Below are positions 1 through 13,078 of a DNA stretch of 64,000 bases, piece after piece. Each line of letters starts with the position of its first letter. Positions within the stretch are counted from its first letter, which is position 1. The stretch is from the NCBI GenBank assembly GCA_964035545.1, contig OZ037766.1, positions 3,648,722-3,712,721 on the forward strand, in the 5' to 3' direction. The DNA is from Bugula neritina. Taxonomy: Eukaryota; Animalia; Bryozoa. The position numbers and the translations under genes are program-made. The notes below the pieces were generated by a model, which was not told where the DNA came from, searched no databases, and saw only the letters and a list, made by a program, of their open reading frames with translations.

Positions 1-1183
1 AAAAGTGTTGCAAGACTAACCTCAAAGCTATAACCACAATGCAATAAATACATTCTAGACTTAACAGCTTATGCTGTAGCCAAAGGTTTTAACATAATCA
101 AATGATCCATCACACATATTTGTGTTGTCTGCTATTCAAACTTTACAATTAAAACTATAATATGTCGTTTTCATAACTAATTTTTCTTAGTGCCATAGTT
201 CCTTGAGTGAATAATGATTATGTCTGAAATTATTTGTTTAATGGTATGTGTGTGGCTAACCAAAACTTTTGCCAATGCAATGAAGACGCCAAGACAATGT
301 TGTTTAAAATGTGTGTAATAATGACATTGCTGTTTGAATTAAATATTTTTACCAACCATCATTTGACTGTCTCTCTGTTAATTTCAATCAGCATGCTATG
401 CTTTGCTGTTGCAGCACTCAGAATAATTACTAAGCTGGCTAAAGGAAATTATAGTAGCTGTTAGGAGTCAAAGTTAGCAATCATTAATATCAGTTCTGCG
501 GACACTGAGCCTAACCTAACAATAATTTCATCAGCAAATGGGCCATCATCCTTAATTAATTCAAGACATGTATGCAGAAAATCTATCATAAAACCAATAT
601 GCCTGAGCATATTACTATGAAGTTGTATTTAGCTAATAGCAAAGATATGTGTGAATTATTTAATACTACATAAAAATAATTGGTGTCGAAGGTTCTTTAA
701 ATGTTAAATGGTTATATTATTGGTGCTTATAGAAAATGCAGTTTTCTAGCCAATTCCTCACTCTTTATGGATGTTTTGTCCCTTCGCATGTATATTTGAA
801 ATATAGGTGAACTGTGACAGTATTTTGACATATTAAAGTTTTATTGTGCACAGGAGAAGTTAACTAGTCGATTAATGCAGAGAAAGTAAAATCAGTATTA
901 AAAAACATAAGCTGTTTAACTGAACGCTTTTATAGACTTTTTTCCAAAAACATGTACAATAACAATGCTATAATACAACAAACAGCATATAATATGGTGA
1001 TTACTATTTTTTTGCAAACTTTTATTACAACAAAGTGCTTTTTATCACTCAAAGGACTGCTATATATAGCAACTTCAAACAATGTTGGTTACAAAATGAT
1101 AATGCTTCATTACTAATTTTGACAAACATAAACACTATTTCAAATATTCTACAGACATTTTCACTTTATTAAAAATATAAGAT

Positions 1184-2113
1184 TTAATTTGGCCTAACAG
1201 TTGCATTCTTAAGTTTCATCAGATTCATTACATGAATACGGTAGCCTGGGGTCATGAAAAAATACAGAACAACATTAAGAATGCTAAAAATTGTCACGTA
1301 AAAGAAGGAAATCCATCTGGCCAAATACCCTAAACTATTTGGAATGGCGTCAACACTATTACAAACCACAGATACGATTGTTGGAATGTAAGATAGGTAA
1401 AGAGTGATGGAGACTATCATAATATACTGGGCAGACCTCTTTACTATCAGATCATCTTGTCCTGGAGTTGCATTTCTAGACTGCATTCTTTTCAACTCTC
1501 TCCAAGCCTTTGATAAGCAGATGGCAGAAGTGACGAAAGCTGTCGTAATGGATCCACCAAAAACAACGCTGGTCAGCTTATTGGGTTCACTTGGGATAGC
1601 TCCAAACTCATCAAAGCAATAATCGGCAAAGTCAGTAGCAATGACGATTGTCATGAGAGCGAAAGTAAATATCCAAATAAGGCCCAAGATGAGTTTCATG
1701 TTGTTAACTATTTTGTTAGTATTCAACTGAAAGGGGAGGCATATAGAAACGTATCGTTCATAGCTACCAATTGCCAGAACAAAATTTCGAGCAACGAATG
1801 AAACAAATGAGAATATAGTAACCGTTATTTGGAAAGTTCGAGCACTAGCGATCGGTAAGGCTGTAATTTGTTTGTTTAACTCACAGTTTACTGCCAGGGA
1901 GAAAGCAAAGCAGGTCACAATGTCACATATACCGATGTTCACCACGATCCAAAATGATGCATTTCTTCTCGATTGGTCCAACTTTTTCAGAAAAACCAGG
2001 TTGAGGGTATTGAATATTACACTAAAGATGTTAAGAGAAAAAAATATTGTTGGTTTAATGGCGTCTACACAAACATCTGTGATGTCATCACACAGAGCGC
2101 TGTTATTTTCCAT
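1184..2113 (-). CDS. Class A (rhodopsin-like) 7TM GPCR, single coding exon, intact copy (309 aa); divergent, possibly chemoreceptor-like
   Basis: Seven hydrophobic segments; TM1 Asn, TM2 Asp (NIGICD), ERY at end of TM3 (GSYERYVSICLP), TM4 Trp, TM6 Pro (YLSYIP), NPxxY variant NVVLY; N-terminal sequon NNS. Confidence 0.9.
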   Translation of the reverse strand: MENNSALCDDITDVCVDAIKPTIFFSLNIFSVIFNTLNLVFLKKLDQSRRNASFWIVVNIGICDIVTCFAFSLAVNCELNKQITALPIASARTFQITVTIFSFVSFVARNFVLAIGSYERYVSICLPFQLNTNKIVNNMKLILGLIWIFTFALMTIVIATDFADYCFDEFGAIPSEPNKLTSVVFGGSITTAFVTSAICLSKAWRELKRMQSRNATPGQDDLIVKRSAQYIMIVSITLYLSYIPTIVSVVCNSVDAIPNSLGYLARWISFFYVTIFSILNVVLYFFMTPGYRIHVMNLMKLKNATVRPN

Positions 2114-2689
2114 GACACAAACTTTGTAAACTCAACTTGTCTCTAGAACACAAATAGGTTGACTAATTTTACTGGCTAAAATATTTGAAATATTATGTGT
2201 AATAGGTTGTTTTATTACCTACACAAATTATGCTAGAGTATTGATTTTGTGACAGTATATTAACATAATATACATTAAGTTTAAAGTGACATTCTCCAGA
2301 AGAAAATGGCAAAACTATAAGCAGTGCAACATACAAATTATTATAACCAAAATTGCATTTGCCAAAATGTATGTATATGGTACCATAAAAAATTGCATTT
2401 TTTTAGTAAATACATTATTTTATAAACTAAAGTACTTAGAATATGTCACATGGGTCAAACATCTCAGTAGACTTTATATTAAAGTGCTTGCAGATATTGG
2501 ATAATAATTAGTGACAAAACACTGTGACTGGATATAGAGCAGGAAATGAGTTATATAATAACAAGCTATACTAACATATCAACAGTAATTAATAAATATG
2601 TTAACTTCATTATCTGTCTATAAACAACATACTAAATCACTGGTTTTCAAGCTTCATGCAAATGGATTATTCATTCCTACTAGCATAAT

Positions 2690-2758
<69 letters not shown>

Positions 2759-3010
2759 GTATTGATTGATGCATATTCCTTATGCAAGAATTAGTCTGAC
2801 GTCATTCCTGTCTTACTGAAATTTCTTTTCGTGGAATTTACATTTTATGTTGAATTCTAAATTTTTTTCTTTCAATTTTGAGAAAATTTATAAAACGCAA
2901 AGCAAAAAATAAAATATTTTCCAAACCATATAACTTTATTTTTTGATTTCATTCTCATTAAACACAACTTAAGATAGAATAAGAAAAGCACACCCAGTTG
3001 TGTTACTTAC

Positions 3011-3950
3011 TTTTTTCAGCCAAGGTATATGACAACTTGCACCTGCTGAATAATTTCATACATTATTCTTCTTTCTTGTCAATACTCTGTATTGTCATTA
3101 ACATGATGTGGTTTTTGCTCTTTTGCTGAATTCCAACTCTCACATAAACTCACTCACTGGCGACATAACTGAGTAAGTAATGAAGCTGAAATTATGACAG
3201 CATATAAAACAGCCTAGACAATTTACCTACCTGCACTACATACCTGTACTACCTACCTGCACTATCTACCTGCACTATCTACCTGCAGTACATACTGGCA
3301 CTACCTACCTGCACACACTTCACATCTGCTCCATGGCAAGTACTGATCACCGCAAGTTTGAAAATTATAACAAAATAATTACAATTTGTGCCTGGTCAGT
3401 CTATTTTTTGAATCGCATATTATAAATCTTAGAAGAGCAATATTTTGAGTCAGTTACACTTCCTTTCTCTTTTCTTTTATTATACACATGTCACACAACC
3501 CCATTTATTTCTAGAACAATTCTCACACAACTATATTCTACTAGAAAAAATCTCTCAGTCATGGCCACACCACATGCACTATTGCCTTCTTATATCTAAA
3601 TATTCAGCATTCTCTCTCTCATGAGACAGTGAAATACTCAGTTTTTAAGAAAATATTTGATGGTTCAGTAGGTAAGAGAAGATACAGAAGAGCAGAGAAA
3701 TTTAATGGGATATGACGCTATGTGAGATTATGCGGGAACGATAGAAGGATAAATGCAGTTTGTGTATATCCAATTTTATAAAAGTACATTTTCAACATGA
3801 GTTCAGTATGCAAATGAAACTTTACAAGATTGATATTGCAAGATTATGTAATAGCAAGCAATGAGTAAAGTTTCATGCCTACCTGTACAGTTGATGAATG
3901 TAGCATTCCATTCTCTGTGTAGACATTCAATCGTGGTTTCACCTGACCTC
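3011..3950 (-). pseudogene. Orphan duplicated 3' fragment of the lectin gene (partial last sushi exon and terminal exon)
   Basis: 3883-3950 duplicates 16278-16345 including the donor but has no acceptor; 3011-3168 duplicates 15056-15213. Confidence 0.75.
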
Positions 3951-4660
3951 TTTGCCTAATTGTATCATGCAAAGAACTTTTATACATAGTAAATGTCTGA
4001 TTGTTTAAAAAGACTGTGAGCAGAAGATTATGGCAAGATCCGATATCAACAGTCTTCCCTCATTAGAAGATATTTTGCTAATGTGGCATGCAGGGGAGAT
4101 AATTTCTAATATTTGTCTATTGTAATCACGCACAGAATTTTCATGCATACGATTAAACCACTGGCTGCTTTAAAAGACAGCCTCAATGTGTCATAAAGGT
4201 ATGGCAATATCTGATATCAACAGTCTTCATTCGTAAGAAGTTTTCTTTATCAATGTGACATGCATGGGTGATAATTCTTATCATTACTGTTCATAATAGA
4301 TGTCTGGTTGTTTTAAAAGACAGCCAGCGTAGGGTATGACAAGATCCGATATCAACAGTCTTCCTTCGTAAAAAGATTTCTTCATCAATGTGACATGCAG
4401 GGGTGATAAATTTTAATCTTTGTCCAATTGTACCATGCAAAGAACTTTTATACATGTAATTTGCTGGTAGTCTTAAAAGACAGCCAGTGTAGGGCATGAC
4501 AAGGTCCGATATCAACAGTCTGCTTTCAATAGAAGATTTTCTAAAAAAAGATCAAGTTCGAAATACTAGATGCCTTGTTTTATAAAAATTAAATGATGAC
4601 TGAGATATCATAAAAACATGACAAGATCAGATATCAACAGTCTTCTCTCAATGCATGTTT
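3951..4660. repeat. Degenerate tandem repeat, about 120-170-bp units
   Basis: Core gatatcaacagtc at about 4042, 4214, 4348, 4508 and 4630. Confidence 0.8.
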
Positions 4661-6123
4661 GTTCATCAAATTCAAAATAAATGAAAAACGTAGAAATTAA
4701 ATGAGTTTCTTGTGACTTACATTTAAGTTGAAGTAAAATCACTTTCTTGTAGTACAGTAACAGTGCACAATGTGTCTTAGAAGATCTTTCTAGTAGATGT
4801 AAAAGCTTCAAAGTTTTATAATGATAAACCCAAAAGCTTATTCAGTCAATGATTTATTTAATTTTTTTGTAAACAAGATAAACAGTTTTACAACTCAACC
4901 CATTGTGATGACATCACAATCAGTAAAGAATTTCTGTTTGAATTATTATGACATTGTGTGATGCACAATTCTAAGCTTACAAAAATTTATCTCCCAGTAT
5001 TCCCCAATTTCCATTACATTCAAGGAAATACAACTCTATATTTCATGAATTTGTAACATCTCATTAATCAACTACTTTACACATTGATTTGTTAGTCATA
5101 CAAAATGCCTATATAGTTTTATTGCATTCAAGAGTCAAATGTCTACCAATTTCAGTATGCTGAAATTGCTATTTTACGATGCTAAAGTGCATTTTTTCAT
5201 TTTCATATCAAGATTTATTTAGCTACTGTCTAATCCTTATAATATCTTAGCTTCTCATGAAAATATTGTTTGGAAAATAAATGAAATAATAATCTAATAT
5301 TACTTTATCCATTTGTCAAAACAAAGTTTAGTTTTCAAAGATGAAAATGTCAAAATATTTCACTCACGCTGTAGTATGAAAAAGTGATTCTACCAGTTGA
5401 GTTTACTTTCACAGGCTTTACAATATTTGCTTGTGTTATAAGTAATCATAAAAGTTCATAAATATAATAATAACCAAAATTTTAATTTTTTTTCACGAAA
5501 AGGCAGAATATGCAAGTGTGATGCATTATGGTGTTGAAAAAGCCTTTTAAAAAGCAATTCAGTAAAAAAACTTCATTGGAAGGTAACTGCTTGTCATTTG
5601 TCATATTATGTGTTAATTATACTTCTTTTAAAGGCTTCAAAGCTCTAATATCTTTTTGCCGTCTACTGCAAATTCTCACTTGCAACTTTTGAGAATAACC
5701 TGTATTTTTAAAAGATATTAGTAGAAATGTCATAGTTATTATATCTTGCAAAAGTGTTGCAAGACTAACCTCAAAGCTATACCTGGAATATAATGTGGTT
5801 TATAGTCTTTAGCAGATAAGCTACATGTACAAGCTAACCTGAGGTGATTGGCTAACTGCCTTAAAAGCATTCGGATTTCCTACCAGTTTGCACGGCTTGG
5901 ATATTGGCTATTGGGAAAGTGAAAGTAAAGACTGCACGAGAAACTCTAACACAGACTGTCGAGTGAGTATAGGACCTTACATTACAATAACCACAATGCA
6001 ATAAATACATTATAGACTTTACATCATATTCTGTAGCCAAAGGTTTTAACATAATCAAATGATCTATCACACATATTATTTGTGTTGTCTGCTATTCAAA
6101 CTTTACAATTAAAACTATAATAT

Positions 6124-6508
6124 TGTAGAGATTTTGTTATTATGTATCTATCGAAAGGATAACTCTACACTTTGATTGAAGACAGGTGCATTTTGCATCA
6201 TGCAATTCTACCAGAGTAATGGGACCATCGTAATAGCCAATGGGGGACTAATAGTAATTAGTAGTAGGCGGAGCTGCTTACATGTAGTGGAAGCTTGTCT
6301 AATTGACTAGCCGGCAGAGAGGACTCGATAATGCTAATGTGAAGTCTTGTGTACTGTATCTCTCTCTATTATGTAACGTGTTTATATCAGCTGTATATTT
6401 TATTTGTGTCTAATTTACATTGAATAAACCCTTAGTAATTACAAATCTGGTGAAGTGGCTTTGCATAAATAGACTCAGTGATTGCAAGTAAAGCATAAAT
6501 TCACAACA
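6124..6508 (+). mobile_element. Solo LTR (385 bp) of an LTR retrotransposon
   Basis: TGT...ACA termini; 4-bp TSD ATAT (6120-6123 and 6509-6512); AATAAA at about 6423; absent at the paralogous site (about 160-163). Confidence 0.8.
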
Positions 6509-6767
6509 ATATGTTTTCATAACTAATTTTCCTTAGCGCCTTAGTTCCTTGAGTGAATAATGATTATGTCTGCAATGAAGACGGCAAGCCAAGACAATGT
6601 TGTTTAAAATGTGTGTAATAATAACATTGCTGTTTGAATTAAGTATTTTTACCAACAATCATTTACCTGTCTGTCTGTTAATTTCAATCAGCATGCTATG
6701 CTTTGCTGTTGCAGCACTCAGGATAATAACTGGCTAAAGGAAACTACCCTGCTATAGTAGTTGTTAA

Positions 6768-9700
6768 ACATCGTAAGCATCCAGGTTATTTTGATAAAAT
6801 CAATTACTGTTAATTAAAAGATCATACTTTTTTAGTAGCATTCACAAAATATATACAAAAAATCTCAACTCAATATACCAGAAAAAATGAATTAAAATAT
6901 ATGTGTTAATAGCACTGATATTGACGTGACCGTGGCACATGAAAAATCTGAAAAAAGAGTTGTCTTCTTTTTTTCTATATTAATATATAGAGCTTGTCGT
7001 GAAAATAAAGATTTTTTTAAAAAAATATTGTGACCCTCTGGTAACTTCCTGAATTTAGAAAATTAGCTCATATATTTCTTTTCATGTGGACAACAGCTCA
7101 CTTTTTTTTTAATTTATTTTGAAGCTCTTTTCGTAAAAAATAATCAAAAGTAAAAAATCCAAAATTTTTACAAATTGGTTCGGGGCTTGACGTGAAAGGC
7201 ATTTGGACGAAGATGTCAAGGTCACCATTAATAAATTTATTTCATCACAATTCACAATACTGCACGGAAAGTTAATGAAGTGAGCTGAAAATTAGGTTGC
7301 TAGCATATTGATATACATTATATTGATTGTTGCAGTATTATTTTTTAAATTTGTTTTGTTATCAGTTATGTTTAACTTCTTCATAGAGCTGCTGTTAGAC
7401 TAAGAGTAAGACATAATATTAGCAACAATGATAATAATAATATTTATATTAAATTAAAATTATTATTAAATTCACGGTGAAGTATCACTATCACTATGAG
7501 TATGAGTATCGTATAAATTAATTATGAGTATGAGTATCACTATGACATTTACTCAATCAATGATTGACTATTACTATGAATATGAATATGGCTTCTAATT
7601 CTTGTAACTTTTGACTATGACGATGCTGATAAGTGATACTCATACTGATAGTGATAATCACTGCCAGCCCAAGTCTCATACTCATAGTGATACTATTAGT
7701 ATTAATAATTAGTATTACTATCAGTACAACTACTAGTATTACTCATAGTTCTGATAATGATGCAGATGATAGTTTTAAAAGTTCTACTTCTACTTTTATA
7801 GTAAGCTAGATTGTATATGTTGAGCTCTACTCATTTTTTACTACTAATTTGCTAATACTAATAGTAATACTAATAATAGTTATAGTTGTTATAATGATAG
7901 TAATACTAATAGTAATAATAACTATTTCAATTTGATAATTTATGTTTTATAACAGCATTATCGCTTATCATTTACATTGGTTCATAATATGCTTATTTTA
8001 ATTTTGCTTTGTGTGTTTTGTCATGTTGTAAATTTAAGTTCGTATGGTTATTTAATGAACTAGAGAACTAGCCAAATGTTATGTAACGGTTGCAGTAATT
8101 TACTATAAACTCAGTGAAATTTAAAACCTAATTGATATTACTATGACATTGATTGTACAGAGGTAGCTAAAATATACATTAAATTACCAATAATTTTAAT
8201 TTGCCAATACACTATGAGTAGAACAATCAAATGCAATGATAGAAAATTAATTAGTCATAGCAGCCCGTTGCTTGAGGAACATTGAGCTACAGGTCTAAAA
8301 TGATGTAGTTTTGTGATCCCTTATATAACAAAATAATTTTTTCAAACTGGTTTAATACTTTTATTATAAACACGCTTATCAAAGTAACATGTTTTTGATG
8401 TATATTCTATTAAAAAAGCAATCACATCAGGTTTTCAATTTGTATGTTGTACAAAGTTTATTATGGTGACAAGTTACTAAATTATATGGTTCAGCTTTGT
8501 AAAGTAAAGCTGATAAAATAAAAACAATTATGTGATTGTTTTACTGCTATATATTAAATTTAAATGAGTTGAATAATATCCTAGTGCAGTGAATTAGATA
8601 TTTTTTTAGCTTTGGTACACCTGTTTGTTATAGGCTAACATTTCACCAATAGAAGAATGGTGCAAGTAGAAGAAATTTCAGGCGCAGAAAGCTAAGGAGC
8701 AGTCAGAATGCTGCCAGAGTTGTGAAGAGGCACTTGAAAAAGCTGAATTTTAATAATGACATGAAATTCGTAACAGATCACCCTGGTGTATTTGAACTGA
8801 CATGGCCAGCAGAGTTCTCGAAGTCACATACAACAGCTATTTACATCATCATGGTTAGCTTAAATTTAATTCCTATATCAGTCTCTAATATATAGTTTGA
8901 TATCTGCTGTAAATTTGCTTAAGGAGCATACACATAACCAAAACTGAGTTACACTATAGTATTTGTTCTTGAATATATTTACCAAGATAAGTAGATTTGC
9001 TAATTCATTAACAGTAAAATTATAATGATACAACAATTTTTCTTTTAGATGATTCAATCAATAACACAAGACACTACAACATGGTTTTGCAGTTATAGAG
9101 TATTAATTTTCTGGCTCTTTCCAAATCTTCATAGAAGGCAAAGAAAACCACTGTCAGCTTGCCTTTATAACTAAGTGCACGCGTCTTCCACCTACAGATG
9201 ATGATAAACAATTTGCTGGTGTGGAACTTTCTAATTTTGTTCACAATGAAGATAGATTATAGGACATTATTCTTTATGTAAAGATTGTCAAGTTTTGTTA
9301 TAATTAAGAACAGTTTTAGTTTCAATAAATCGGTTCAACATTATGGACATCATTGCACAAGCATTTTAATCTTTACTATCTACAAAGGTATCTGATGGAC
9401 TACTTGAAAATACAAAACTATGCTCCAGATACACAATGAACTGACCAGCAAAGTTAAAATGAGTTGGAGATGTAGAACATAATATCTTGTTCAAGGCTTT
9501 TCCCTGCTGTTGGAACCTTCTACTTCAGAACACTGAATTGAACAAATGTATGAAACTTTGCAAACAATAATAATGTGAAATTAGTTGCTAAGTATTACAT
9601 TGCTAATAAATACAGCATTGTGTAATGTTTTATTTAATTTTTTTTGAGCCATTTGATCTATAGGCCTGCATAGTATTTACTATATTATAACTAATAAATT

Positions 9701-12008
9701 GCAGACACATTATGTCAGACCAGTTTCCATTTAAATAGAATCGTGTAGGCTATCAAATTTGTAGAAGTAAAAAACCGAATTCTTATTGAGTAAAATACTT
9801 GCCTTTTTTTTCATGATGCCTCTACTGCTAAAAAGAGAAGTTTTTATCAATACAGCTCCATCAATCTGTATCCTGATGAAGCTAGTAGTTTAGGAACATT
9901 TGTGGCGGGGAGTGTAGGCTGAGCTGCAGTATAGGAAGAACCCCAACATATGTAATCTATTCAGCGCATTATATGTATATTTATTCAAAAAAGAATTTAG
10001 AAAATGCTTTATGAAGCATGAACAAAGTAAAAATTAATGCTAGTGAAAGTAATATTATTACACCCATTAGAATTACTAGCAGCTATAGCATTAAAATTAT
10101 GTACTTTCATAAAAATGTGTCTAATTTATGCTACAAAGTTATTACTGCCAAAGGTTACAAAATTTACCAGTCACATTCATGCAGCTGGCGGAGAATAACT
10201 AACTTTCACATGCAATAAATACAATTAGTAGCTCAATCTAAAACTAATGCGCTATTAAATGTTAGGAGTATAAGTTATAGTTATTCTAAGGAATAATTGC
10301 AAAAAAGGAATTTAACTCTTATTATAATGTAATTATCTTCCAAGATATATTACAACATCACTACTTGGATGCATACAATGTCATATTTATATTGGCATCA
10401 ACATAATTTTCAATAATTTCCAATCTATTAACTTGAGCATTATGATTGTGATTATTTTATAAATAAGGCGATGATTAGGCACTGTTGGTATTTTGGTTCA
10501 ATTTATTAATGGCTGTAACAGGCAGAGTTGTAAATATAATGGATATATCAAAATTCCAATGGGTATAGTACTCTAACACAACATTGATACTAATAATTGT
10601 AGCCACTTACTCTTAGAGTTAGTGAATAATGATACAGTCATAACAATCTGAATTTCAATCAGCATTAGAGATAGGCTGACTGCTTTATAATATTATAGTT
10701 ATGTCAAATTGAATTTATTCACTATAACTATAAAATTTATGATTATAATTATAAATTAAAATAATTTAAATATTATATAATATATTGATAATTATTGGAA
10801 TCATAATTATATTTATTGTTATGATCATTATGATTATAATTATTTAATATTATCTTTGTTTGTATTTAAAGTTGTTCCTTAAATTTAAAGTTGTTTAAGT
10901 TTTATAAATTTATTATAATTATATTACTGTATAAGTATTGCTATTAGTATTAGTATAATTAAATTATTATAATTTATATTTTATTATTTATATTATTATT
11001 TATTTTACTTTTTATTTTAAGACCAGCAGTTCAAATTAATACTTGTGTCGTTTGTTTTATATTATAACTTACAAGTATAACTATTAACATAATAATTTTA
11101 CATTTGTTATTAGTATTACTATGAATATAAATATTTATATTAATATAAATATAGCTATTGGTATAACTTATACTTATAGTTATAACTAATATTATAAGTA
11201 TTAGTTTCGAAACTGATTCTGCTCCGTAACATTAACATACTGATACTGTCATATGATTATCATTATGACTGATAATAGTATTAATAAATATAACCATTGA
11301 ATATTATTAATAATAGTTCACCAATAGGCGACAGTCATAGACTTAGAGTTAGAGTGAGAGTCATAGACATAGTGATAGACTAGTGATACTCATAGTCATA
11401 CTGATACTGTGATTCAGTTTCACTGATTCAGTTACAAATTTTAAAACTTGGTTTTACGTAGACAACTACTAACCTATAATTCATCACAAAACGGTTGAAA
11501 ATCATCATTTACTGCATATTTAAGAGTAATTTTCTGGTAGTGTGGTCGACATGATAATTGAAATTAAAATAGGGAAAATAATTATTTTGTGATTTACAGC
11601 AAGTTACAAACTAGCGAAATGGAATAGTCCATTTGAAAACAGTCAAATTAGTTACCTTTCTTGATGTTGCGTAGCTAACGTTAGTTATTAGTAGCCGCCC
11701 GAAGAGTAACATTCATGTGATTTGAACTACGAATAACGAGAATCTGTGACAAACCCGCTTCTTAATAACTTTACGCGATATAAACTCACGCTACAATAGG
11801 GCTATTTTGCCATCCCCACGTCAGAATAGGACACGGAGGGCACGCTCGCAGGCAAGTCTGGGCAAGTCCAAGACACCTAATATGACCACTTTTACTTACA
11901 TTTTTGTAGTGTTTTCGTATAAGAAATTGGATAAAATGCCGATAAAACAGTTGAAAAGCATGCAAACTTTTGCTCAAATGTAATAAATAACCTGGAAGCT
12001 TACCGCCT
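6768..12008. mobile_element. Kolobok-like DNA transposon (5.24 kb, decayed)
   Basis: TTAA TSDs (6764-6767 and 12009-12012); imperfect 23-bp TIR (acatcgtaagcatccaggttatt vs reverse complement aggcggtaagcttccaggttatt); AGG terminus; empty site at 461-464; internal KolX-like remnant. Confidence 0.8.
8653..9255 (+). pseudogene. Decayed KolX-like gene (related to the P2X7 C-terminal 'ballast' domain), two exons
   Basis: With stops and frameshifts: EWCK*KK...ECCQSC...KFVTDHPGV...RVLEVTYNSYLHHHG, intron about 8853-9048, then WFCSYRVLIFWLFPNLHRRQRKPLSACLYN*V...PPTDDDKQFAG. Matches the WCxC..CC..TDHPG..YR..W..R.PLPxC..FP..F/YxG pattern. Confidence 0.7.
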
Positions 12009-12031
12009 TTAAGAGTCAAGGTTAGCAATAA

Positions 12032-12373
12032 GCCTAGGGCCGCACGGTGCGTATTTTCGCATGCGAAAATTGAAATCACAAGTAGCAAAGGTGTTTGTAC
12101 GTACATGAGAAAACATTTGCACTTGTCGCTCAGCATTCTCAACGCAAGTGCGAATCGTCTCTGTCGTCGTCACCTAATTGGCTGGTAGCTATTCAGCGAG
12201 CCCAATTTCTTTATTTTAGTGCTACATTCCAGTAAATTGCGTTTTATTGAAAGCGAGTGCGATTTAAAAATGAAAGCTTTATTTATCACGTATCACTGAC
12301 GCTACAGTGGACACCTTTGCTACTTGTGATTTCAATTTTCGCATGCGAAAATACGCACCGTGTGGCCCTAGGC
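12032..12373. mobile_element. PIF/Harbinger-like MITE (342 bp), copy 1
   Basis: About 62-bp TIRs beginning GCCTAGGGCC; 3-bp TAA TSD; empty site (tca) at 481-483. Confidence 0.85.
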
Positions 12374-13078
12374 TAATTAATATCAGTTCTGCGGACACTG
12401 AGCCCAACCTAACAATAATTTCATCAGCAAATGGGCCATCATCCTTAATTAATTCAAGGCATGTATGCAGAAAATCTATCATAAAACCAATATGCCTGAG
12501 CATATTGCTATGAAGTTGTATTTAGCTGATAGCAAAGGTATGTGTGAATTATTTAATTCTACATAAAAGTAATTGGTGTCAAAGATTCTTAAAATGTTAA
12601 ATGGTTATATTATTGGTGCTTATAGAAAATGCAGTTTTCTAGCCAATTCCTCACTCTTTATGTATGTTTTGTCCCTTCGCATGTATATTTGAAATATAGG
12701 TGAACTGTGACAGTATTTTGACATATTAAAGTTTTATTGTGCACAGGAGAAGTTAGCTAGTTGATTATTACAGAGAAAGTAAAATCAGTATTAAAAAACA
12801 TAAGCTGTTTAACTGAACGCTTTTATAGACTTTTTTTTCCAAAAACATGTACAATAACAATGCTATAATACAACAAACAGCATATAATATGGCGATTACT
12901 ATTTTTTTGCAAACTTGTATTACAACAAAGTGCTTTTTATCATTTAAAGGACTGCTATATATAGCAACTTCAAACAATGTTGGTTACAAAATGATAATAC
13001 TTCATTACTAATTTTGACAAACATAAACACTATTTCAAATATTCTACAGACATTTTCACTTTATTAAAAATATACTAT

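Larger units (their letters stand above)
1..3950. repeat. Segmental duplication, left copy (begins before the window)
   Basis: Colinear with 5750-6763 plus 12013-16345 once insertions are removed. Homology ends at acctgacctc (3950 and 16345), inside a sushi exon. Confidence 0.9.

Noticed and set aside
1404-2129. Plus-strand ORFs antisense to the GPCR (also 13299-14023)
   Set aside because: Shadow ORFs of the real coding strand.
6764-12012. piggyBac assignment based on the TTAA TSD
   Set aside because: The terminus is AGG rather than CCC, and the cargo is KolX-like, which fits Kolobok better.
11786-12513. ORFs overlapping the MITE and transposon end (also 25449-25861)
   Set aside because: Chance frames in inverted-repeat DNA with no protein motifs.
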